From positions 3,025-67,024 of the forward strand of contig JBCBDM010000001.1 of NCBI GenBank assembly GCA_038529705.1: a DNA stretch of 64,000 nt. The letters are read 5' to 3'. The DNA comes from Bacteroidota bacterium. Lineage in GTDB: Bacteria > Bacteroidota > Bacteroidia > Flavobacteriales > Flavobacteriaceae. This document shows, piece by piece, positions 1 through 8,200 of the stretch (positions within the stretch are counted from its first letter, which is position 1; every line of letters starts with the position of its first letter). Made by a program: the position numbers and the translations under genes. Under the pieces are notes generated by a model. That model was given only the letters and a program-made list of their open reading frames with translations, was not told the origin of the DNA and searched no databases.

Positions 1-556
1 CATACGCTAGCCAATTCTCATCCAATTTTGGGAGTAGGACCGCACCTTTCCTCAAAGTTCCTGTAGTAGGTTTTTTGCCCTTGTACGCATGTTTGAACAA
101 GGTTGACCCTCTAATCCCTTTCTCTCCTGTCACCACCAGCCCTTCTAATTGCGTGTTTTCCAGAAGCTGAATAGGGGATTCCCTGTTGGTAACATATAGG
201 GCTGGTTTGGGAATAGGTCCTTTGCCTCCTAACAAAGCTATTTTGCCGAAGGCCTTTGTCTTTAGCTGTGCGGTGCTTTCCACCTTGGTATAACTCCCCC
301 AATAATCGGTTTGTATGATAGTCATGAGTCCCTCATTTCCTTTCAAAGAATCCAAAGGTTTGTTATTAGGCTGAAGACTTTGCTGAATCCCCATTTGTGA
401 TCCTGCAATGGTTTCCATTAAAAAATGGGACTGTATGTCGAATAATCGCTGAGTGTGAGACAGTAATAAAAAGGAGCCTAATAAAATGGCAATGACGACA
501 GCAACTAACAAAGAGAGCTGAAGTGCCGATGCCCTTATTTTCCTTAACCCCTTCAC
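1..556 (-). CDS. Pilin-like GspK/PilX-type protein of the T2SS-like cluster (runs off the left edge; not in the ORF track)
   Basis: Manual translation from a GTG overlapping the upstream TGA gives MKGLRKIRA-SALQLSLLVAVVIAILLGSFLLLSHTQRLF..., open to base 1. Basic leader plus hydrophobic helix resembles a class III signal peptide without Glu+5, as in GspK/PilX. Confidence 0.6.
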   Translation of the reverse strand, partial: MKGLRKIRASALQLSLLVAVVIAILLGSFLLLSHTQRLFDIQSHFLMETIAGSQMGIQQSLQPNNKPLDSLKGNEGLMTIIQTDYWGSYTKVESTAQLKTKAFGKIALLGGKGPIPKPALYVTNRESPIQLLENTQLEGLVVTGEKGIRGSTLFKHAYKGKKPTTGTLRKGAVLLPKLDENWLAY

Positions 557-1017
557 ATTATAGAAAATTCCTTGGTCTTCCCTTTGTAGCTAATAACAAC
601 TCGCTCTTCATCTCCGCTCACAAGTTTCATTTCACTCAGGACTTCCCCTCTTGTAAGCAAATTTTGTTGTCCATCTATACGCAACACAAATACCTTTTTT
701 TTCGACATCCCGTCCTCAACCATTCCTAAATACTGAATAGCAGGCCACAGAATATCTATTCCCTTATTCGCACTGGATCCGGATTTTCTTTGTGCCTTTT
801 TAGGCTGGACGTAAGCGGTTCCCAGAAAGGGGTCTTTTTCTATCGGCAACAGTTCGAAGCTTTCTCTTTCTTTTACCTGCGGTGCTGTATACGCCACTGT
901 CATATGCTCCACCATAGGATCGATCTCTGCATCGAAAAATCCAAATAATTGACTGAACACCCATCCCCAAATAACGACGACTACAGATAGTAAGAATTTT
1001 ATCTTCTTGTTCCCCAT
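553..1017 (-). CDS. PilP/GspC-like assembly protein
   Basis: N-terminal TM anchor, KDPFLG motif, then WPAIQYLGMV..VFVLRIDGQQ, a small HR-like beta domain; lies in the T2SS-like gene context. Confidence 0.5.
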   Translation of the reverse strand: MGNKKIKFLLSVVVVIWGWVFSQLFGFFDAEIDPMVEHMTVAYTAPQVKERESFELLPIEKDPFLGTAYVQPKKAQRKSGSSANKGIDILWPAIQYLGMVEDGMSKKKVFVLRIDGQQNLLTRGEVLSEMKLVSGDEERVVISYKGKTKEFSIM

Positions 1018-1023
1018 AATTCC

Positions 1024-1956
1024 TTATTGATTTACATCGAAAGTGAAGACCGTACTTCCTTCTCCCTCATTACCCGCTTCATCGAATGCCTTCACCTGCC
1101 AATAATAGGTGTCGTTGGTAAGGTCGGTTTCATAAGGTGGGTTCGCCTGTTCTTTTAAGACCAAATTGGTAAGGTCCATGTCATTATAAACATAGATACT
1201 ATCAAACTCCGTACTCCCGGAAAGCGGCTCCCTGTTCCAGTTAAAAGAGACCGTTTGAGCAGTTAATACCATCCCGTCCTCAGGACTTAACAGGGAAGCA
1301 ATATTAGGTGCCGTAGTATCTATCAAAATGTCCCTGGAGGAATACAGGGTATTGTCTGTTCCATTTTCTGCACGCACCTGCCAAATAAATACTCCTTCTC
1401 CAAAGGTATATTCCAAACTGGGGTCGTTCGTAGCTTGCTCATCTATCAATGCTCCATTTTCCAAAACCTGAATACGATATAGGGTAGCCCCTTCAACAGC
1501 CTCCCAAGTCAATAATTGTTGGGTGTTATTGGTTATGAAATTATCTGAAGGTGCCAAAAGCTGAACTATATTATCCGAGAAGTTTTCGACCGCTACTACC
1601 CTAAAACTGGCCGTGGTATAGGCGGTTTCATAATTACTGTTCTTTGCCCGCACCCTCCATTGATAATCTCCTAAAGTGAGATCTAGTTGATTTACGGTTA
1701 CAGAATCCGTAACATTCAGAAGCAATTGTTGGGTATTGTCGAAATCCGGAGTAGCCACCTGAATTTCATAGCGTGTAGCTTCTTCTACAGGTTCCCAATC
1801 GAAGAAAATAGTATTGGAAGCAACCTCCACACCATCTCTTGGCGATATCAGGTTTACCTGTCTTTCACTTATATCGGGTTCGATCAATAACCCTCCTTCC
1901 TCGCATCCCAGGGAAAAGAGTATCGCTAATAGGAGTATTCGTTTTGCTATATCCAT
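1024..1956 (-). CDS. Lipoprotein with three fibronectin III/Ig-like repeats
   Basis: Lipobox LSLGC; three repeats of the form L.aP.dg...(F/L).W...........Y.WqVrA. Confidence 0.65.
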   Translation of the reverse strand: MDIAKRILLLAILFSLGCEEGGLLIEPDISERQVNLISPRDGVEVASNTIFFDWEPVEEATRYEIQVATPDFDNTQQLLLNVTDSVTVNQLDLTLGDYQWRVRAKNSNYETAYTTASFRVVAVENFSDNIVQLLAPSDNFITNNTQQLLTWEAVEGATLYRIQVLENGALIDEQATNDPSLEYTFGEGVFIWQVRAENGTDNTLYSSRDILIDTTAPNIASLLSPEDGMVLTAQTVSFNWNREPLSGSTEFDSIYVYNDMDLTNLVLKEQANPPYETDLTNDTYYWQVKAFDEAGNEGEGSTVFTFDVNQ

Positions 1957-2639
1957 TAGAATCTGATATCTGCTTTACGTTCTGCTTTTTCGGCCGACTT
2001 ATACATCCTTCCGCTGCAATTAGATCCAACTGGAACCAAATCCATAAGTACCACCTTGTATCCCTTAGGGGTACCCCAGCAAAATTCGGAAGCACGGATA
2101 TCGACTATGGTTCCATTGGCAAAATCCAAGCTCCCTGACGCTTTATTGTTCTCTCGAAGTTGGATAGAAAGTGTTTTCTCCTTTTGCTGAATGAGATACA
2201 GCTCATCTGCCTTGTTTAATTTCTCCAGAATCTCGGCTGGATAGCTCATGGTGACTTCGGTAATGATCCGAAAGTCATTGCCACTCTTTAAAAATTGAAC
2301 CAATTTCTTGTCCTCATTGATTCGCTGCACCAGGGAATAGCTATCCATTATTTTCAGCCTAAGTAATGTACTGTCCTTCGCTTTCGGAGCCAGCGAATCC
2401 TTCTTCCGAAAGAAGTCTCTTTTCGAAACCAGGATGGGACTCCCCATAATACGAATGGGTTTGGAAAGATCGACTATGGTTCTGGTTTGCTGCACTTCTT
2501 GCAAAGTGAACTCTTTGAAGATTCCAATGGCCCCTAGTTCAGGAAGCCGACGGTCCTCAACCTTATGATATTGAATGGATTGACAACCCAGTAAAGTACT
2601 AAAGGTTACGATGGCAAAATAAATTTTAAGTGCGTTCAT
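1956..2639 (-). CDS. Hypothetical lipoprotein
   Basis: 227-aa ORF with lipobox LLGC; its stop shares a base with the next start (translational coupling). Confidence 0.6.
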   Translation of the reverse strand: MNALKIYFAIVTFSTLLGCQSIQYHKVEDRRLPELGAIGIFKEFTLQEVQQTRTIVDLSKPIRIMGSPILVSKRDFFRKKDSLAPKAKDSTLLRLKIMDSYSLVQRINEDKKLVQFLKSGNDFRIITEVTMSYPAEILEKLNKADELYLIQQKEKTLSIQLRENNKASGSLDFANGTIVDIRASEFCWGTPKGYKVVLMDLVPVGSNCSGRMYKSAEKAERKADIRF

Positions 2640-2767
2640 TCTTATTCAAACATTTCCGTGTTTACTTCATTTTCAATCATGTTTGTATTTCGGGCCAAGC
2701 AATACGAAGCCTCTCCGAAACCCATCACTAGGAGCCAAGGAGTGCGTGAGTTGTATTTCTGTTTTTG

Positions 2768-3379
2768 TTACTTCAAAAAGAAGGAAAAGCCGGCATTAAA
2801 ACCAAACCCGCTTCTAATGACCCGGGCATTAATCTCGTTGTTATCTTTGGGTTTATTCTGTGTGGAACTAAAGCCTACCCCCAGATCCAGTGAGATATTA
2901 TCGGCAATAAATATGGCGACCCCACCCTCAAAACCATAGGCAAAAACCGAGTCTTTGCTCTCAATGGTACCTTCGAAAGTAGATAAGGTGGTTTCGGAAT
3001 TACTGGAACCAATCCCTACATTTCCCTCCACAAAAGGCTTCACGTTCCCCGTGGTAAAATAATACCGGGCAAATGGAGAAAACAGAAAGGTAGTAGATTT
3101 GAATTCTCCATTACCTTCTTCTTCTTTTTCAGAAATAAGGATGACCGGGATCTCAACACCAATAGCCAGGTTGTCGATCACAAAATATCCTGCTCCAGGA
3201 GCCAAAGCGAAATTGGTATTTTTCTGAAGGGTAACATCTGTGTTATCCGATTTCAATTGGATCTTTTCCGCATTGAATCCTAGTCCAACGTCACCCCCTA
3301 TTACAAAACCTCCTTTTTCGGTTTGGGCTGTTAAGGCAAAGGGTAATAAGATTGCAGCAAGAACTAATAATTTTTTCAT
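2768..3379 (-). CDS. Outer-membrane beta-barrel protein (OmpA-like/porin family)
   Basis: Signal peptide, alternating amphipathic strands, aromatic C-terminal strand GFNAGFSFFLK. Confidence 0.75.
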   Translation of the reverse strand: MKKLLVLAAILLPFALTAQTEKGGFVIGGDVGLGFNAEKIQLKSDNTDVTLQKNTNFALAPGAGYFVIDNLAIGVEIPVILISEKEEEGNGEFKSTTFLFSPFARYYFTTGNVKPFVEGNVGIGSSNSETTLSTFEGTIESKDSVFAYGFEGGVAIFIADNISLDLGVGFSSTQNKPKDNNEINARVIRSGFGFNAGFSFFLK

Positions 3380-3396
3380 GTAAATTCAGGTTTTCG

Positions 3397-4689
3397 TTAT
3401 TCTTTAATAAATTGTTTGGACACCACTTCGGTAGTGGTGAAAATTCGAGCCAGATAGATACCGGAAGGTAAACTAGAAACATCAACTTCCCGACGGTTAG
3501 ATTCTTCGATTACCAACGCTCCTGCAGTGGTGTAAACCTCGATCTCATCGATGGCCTCAGAACTTTGTATACGAATCTGTTGTTTCGCAGGGTTTGGAGA
3601 CAAAGAGAATGCTACCAATGCATTATCATCCACCCCCAGAATGCAGTCCTCACTATACGTGGTGGTTGCGTCCTTACACCAACCTTCCCCTATGGGATCA
3701 ATACACATCTGGCTATTGGCATAGTCTTCATCGTCCACCAAAATACATTGCAGATCCGGATTGTTGAGGGTTGAAATAAAGGTGATGATTCCGCTATTTC
3801 CGTTTTTAATATTGAGTGAGGTAAGTTCGTTGTCTCTCAAAAAAGCTACTTCCAAATTTGGGTTCAACGAGAAGTCCAAATGGGTGAGTAGGTTTTCAAA
3901 CAAAACCACGGTTTCCAGATCAATATTCTGAGAAAAATCGATAGTCCCGGTTAAATCATTGAAGCCCATAAACAAAGTATTGAGTGCTGGATTTTGAGTG
4001 ACATCAATGGTGGTAAGATTACAATTGTTGGCTTCCAGGAAATCCAGTGCCGGATTCGCAGAAACATCCAAGCTTGTCAATGGATTGACACTTACTTCCA
4101 GTGATTCAAGATTGGGGTTTTGAGATACGTCCAAATTGGTTAGTTCATTGACCGCACAATCTAAATAGACCAAATTTGGATTTTGGGTTACATTGAGACT
4201 TGCAAATTCATTACCCCCTACATCCAATAACTCCAGATTCACATTTTGGGTGAGGTTGAGTTGCGTCATATCATTAGACCTTCCAATCAATTCCCTTAAG
4301 CCAGGATTTTGGGTGACATCCACAAAGGCAAAGAAATTGGAACTAAAGTCCAAAACCTCGAGGTTGGACATCTCTGTAACATCTACAATTTGCAAATTAT
4401 TATCGCTACAGTCCAGGATCACTACATTATCGAAGGCCTCGGAGCCCTGCATATCGTTGATGCCAAAATCATTGACATACAAAGCCGTCACTGCCAAGGC
4501 TTCCGAAAGCTGCACCTCTCCATCGTTATTGGTATCCACATCTGTATCGCCTACACCATCATCATTGGTATCCACTACGGGATTATTCACCAAGGCATCC
4601 TTAAAGATAGGGTCAGGGATATTGACGATTTGGGCTTGGACAGCCAAAGAAAGAAAGAAAAGTAGTGTGAGTAGGTAGTATGGTTTCAT
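3397..4689 (-). CDS. T9SS type A cargo, leucine-rich-repeat (internalin-like) protein
   Basis: Signal peptide; DTNNDGEVQ Ca-binding-like motif; about ten LRRs (L..LDV..N..L..L); CTD LSPNPA...SLPSGIYLARI...KQFIKE. Confidence 0.85.
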   Translation of the reverse strand: MKPYYLLTLLFFLSLAVQAQIVNIPDPIFKDALVNNPVVDTNDDGVGDTDVDTNNDGEVQLSEALAVTALYVNDFGINDMQGSEAFDNVVILDCSDNNLQIVDVTEMSNLEVLDFSSNFFAFVDVTQNPGLRELIGRSNDMTQLNLTQNVNLELLDVGGNEFASLNVTQNPNLVYLDCAVNELTNLDVSQNPNLESLEVSVNPLTSLDVSANPALDFLEANNCNLTTIDVTQNPALNTLFMGFNDLTGTIDFSQNIDLETVVLFENLLTHLDFSLNPNLEVAFLRDNELTSLNIKNGNSGIITFISTLNNPDLQCILVDDEDYANSQMCIDPIGEGWCKDATTTYSEDCILGVDDNALVAFSLSPNPAKQQIRIQSSEAIDEIEVYTTAGALVIEESNRREVDVSSLPSGIYLARIFTTTEVVSKQFIKE

Positions 4690-4743
4690 GTATTGTTTGT
4701 TAGGTTATGCCAGATTTGATTAATTATATTCTTTATATTCCAA

Positions 4744-4770
4744 GCACCAGTTACAAACTGGCGCTAGCGC
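4744..4770 (-). repeat. Short hairpin plus palindrome (REP-like element or terminator) downstream of the putative immunity gene
   Basis: Minus strand GCGCCAGT-TTGTA-ACTGGTGC forms an 8-bp stem with one G-U pair; overlaps the perfect palindrome GCGCTAGCGC (4761-4770). Confidence 0.4.
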
Positions 4771-4834
4771 GGGGATACTCATGTTGGTCAGAGATTCAAT
4801 GTACAAAATTTATGTTCTTAAATTACTCCATCAA

Positions 4835-5227
4835 CTAATTTGCAGTGTTAACCCCAAACATATCGTTAAAATTTAATTTGTCATGAATTATTTTGATTTT
4901 TGTTTCCAATATGAAATTATATTCTATCATAATCAATTGTACTGATTTGTCATTTTCACATACTATAACTCTGTGAAAAGTTCTATGAAAAATATTCTCA
5001 ACAGTTGATCGGATTTTTCTTTCAATTCCAAGTTTTTTCAAGTTTTCGCTTGGTGGTAATCTAATTTGACCGTTGCAGACTATACCTTTCCTTTGAGCTT
5101 TCTTAATAGCTTTCTTTAATGTTTTATCGGTTCTGTACGACCAAGAGAAAGATTTGAAATAGATAAAAAAACATAAATACAATATGCTTATTAAAATTAA
5201 TAGGTAAATTATAATTTCTAAGTTCAT
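4835..5227 (-). CDS. Putative cognate immunity protein of the Rhs toxin (membrane-anchored)
   Basis: 130 aa, directly downstream of and overlapping (ATGA) the Rhs stop; very AT-rich (10 G+C in 4861-4920); N-terminal hydrophobic helix. Confidence 0.6.
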   Translation of the reverse strand: MNLEIIIYLLILISILYLCFFIYFKSFSWSYRTDKTLKKAIKKAQRKGIVCNGQIRLPPSENLKKLGIERKIRSTVENIFHRTFHRVIVCENDKSVQLIMIEYNFILETKIKIIHDKLNFNDMFGVNTAN

Positions 5228-8200
5228 CTTCTATTTCTTAAATAAATTCCCCCATTTATGTCAGCTACAAAAAAAGCTCCAATGGAGATTCCACTTCCAA
5301 TTCCAAATAAATTTACATTATTATTCGTGTCTTGACTTGCTTGTATTAATAACATTTTTTCACTCATTGTAGTTGTGCTATTAATTAAAGAATTATCATA
5401 GCGTGTTAAATTATCGACGGTTTCTACCGAAAATCCTGCAAGCACATCATACCCGACTCGGTGAACAAGCCTTTGAGTGTCATCATTTAAATAATAAAGT
5501 TCAGAATTATTTTCAAAACCATCAATTATATTAAATGAAAGGTCCACATCTAAATCAAATAAAACAGCAGAATGATGACCAGCTTCAAACCCTCCAACAC
5601 CTTCAATATCACCTGCAATTTGATTACCAACTGAAAGTCTAATTTGTCCATTAGCGGAAACTTCTAGACTTTCTTTTACTCTTCTCAGCCCATTTTCTCG
5701 AAGTTCATCAGCTGTATCCGAAACAAATTGTTTTGTCTGTTGGTTTTCAATTAATTCTTGCTCAGAATCGGCAAATCCACCGAACGTAAACAGATTCTTA
5801 AAAAAGTTTTTTATAATTCTTCCGTAACATGGCGGATCAGGACAATCCATACCACCATCTGGATCAATTCGTGAAATAGGGTTATTCCCCATCCCAAGAT
5901 AAGGAGAAAAATGTTGTTTTGCCGGATCTGTCGTCAACCATCTTCCCAATCTTGCATCCCAGAGTCGTAACTCAAAGGCCTCCATCCCTGTCTCATCATC
6001 CTTTTCCTGTCCTTGGAAGGCATAACGATATTCCCCTTCCTGATTGCGCTCCGGCATGGGCATCCCAAAGGGATAATAATCCTTATACGCCAGCATGATG
6101 GGGGTATTGTTGGTGGAAATATCGGTAATAACCACATTGTCGATGGTATAGATATTGGTCCAGCTTATAGCGCCATCATTGTTCAAGCCAAAGTATAAGT
6201 TGACCGGGCCTCCCATCAAGGAAGTATATTGAAAGGTAATGCTGCCCCCTTGGGAAGTCACATTGGGGTTTTGAAAGACGGTATTGGTACTCACCCCATA
6301 ACTTAGTGAATTGGCACTTATTAATCCCAGGTCAAAACTAATACTATAGCTTCGGTGGGCCACCGTGTTAAAGGATAGGTAGATCCCATTCTTTGCCTGT
6401 ACACTGGGGACATCGGCTCTTAACTCCTCATTGGTCGCGGTCACATTGGTTCCGGTAAATCCGTGCCAGGGCGGCATGCTCACGATGTTAGAGGCAAAAT
6501 CTTCCTCGTACACGATCTGCGGACTAAAATCCCTCATGATCACCCCGCGTACATTCCCCAGATGGTCGGTAAGCTCATATTTATAGATGCCAGCATCGTC
6601 TCCAACGCCCAAGCGGGAAGCCCCGTAAATTGGAAATTCTAATTCAGAGGTCATACCCGAATCTCCACCGCCATCAGGGTCCAGGGTATGAATAGCCAAT
6701 ACCTGCCCGGATATGTCCCGTACGTAAAAGGTAGAAATGGGATCGTTGTTCGAATCGATGAAGCGCTTTTCCACACGGTGTCCCCGGTCATTATAGTAAA
6801 ATTCCACTCGTTGGGGATCATTGGTAATGGTAGAATACACCGATTTTACCAAACCATTGGTATAGTAGCTATACCCCAACTGATCCTGTACATTTTCTAT
6901 CAACTGACCAATGCTATTGTATACATAGTTCCCGGAATTTTGATCCTTAATATCTCCATTCTCGGCCGTATTCCCTGAGGTATCATCCACATGGCCCAAT
7001 TGATTGCTGTTGGGTAAATAGTTGTACTGTAAATTATCCATGACATTCCCGCCACTGGTATATTCTCTTGTTCTGGTTAAGGACTGAATATTCCCGTTGG
7101 GATCATAGGTCAACCCGGAAACACTAAAATCCGGCGTGGCACCACTGGTGTAGATATTACCATTCACACTCCCAAAGGTAGCAGCACTCAACCACTTGTT
7201 CCCATTGTATTGATATAAATATCCATTTTGAGTGCCAGGGGTATTCAAGCCTTGGGTGGCCCATCGGGTACCTTTGATATTGCCGTCAAACCGATTGTAA
7301 CCACTGGGAGAAGAACCGATGGCTACACTATTTCTAGAGTAGTCCTTTTCGTAATAATCCAGGATCAAGCCGAAGGCGTTGTTGGTATCATTTCCGGGAT
7401 CATTCGCAGAGAGGTCCGAATTGTTGATGGACTTCAATCGCCCGTCCAGGGTATAAACATAATCGATCCCCTGCAGGCCTTGGGCCAAGATGATGCGCTT
7501 CAACTCCCCACTTTTATAATAGGTGTACCGTGCATGTTCCATATAGTTGATATTGTCTCGAGACGTTTCCACAATTTTTAGTTGCCCTATATCATTGTAT
7601 TGGTATTTATGGGTAAAGCGCTCGGTGGCCTCTCCTTTTTGATACAATACTTTGGTCACTTCTCCTGTAGATTCGTCATATTCATAATCGAGGGTCTTTG
7701 CCCCCAGGCCATTCACATGTTGTACGATCCATTCTACACGCCCATATACATCGTAACTATACCAAGTAGTAGTAGTTTCAGGATTCTTTGTATAAGTTTT
7801 AGAGACGTTTCCAGTAAGATGTTGTTGCACGCGCAGTTCTCCCACTCCAAATCCCAGGTTCCCAGGATAGAGCACATCATGAAGCCCTTGGGTATCTTTT
7901 ACGTCATAGACCGTAAAAACCTGTTCTGCGCAGGTAGCCGGGTCCACTACCCAATCGTCAATGGATGGGGGTGCCGGAATAAAATTGGCATCTAGCTCTT
8001 CCAATTGAATGTTGGAAACGACGGAGCCTGTTTGAAATAGCTGTCCATCTATCAAGTAAGAAGGGGTAGTTGCCGCCAAACTCAATGTATAGAAGGTCTG
8101 GTCATTCTTTTTGAAATATACATTCTGCCCAATTCTTTCAATTTGAAATACATCATTCTCGTCATAGATAGTTGCCGACTTAGTAAGGCCTGCCCCGTAG

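Noticed and set aside
111-302. 63-aa ORF as a toxin fragment
   Set aside because: It is an alternative frame of the longer pilin-like ORF (556 to 1).
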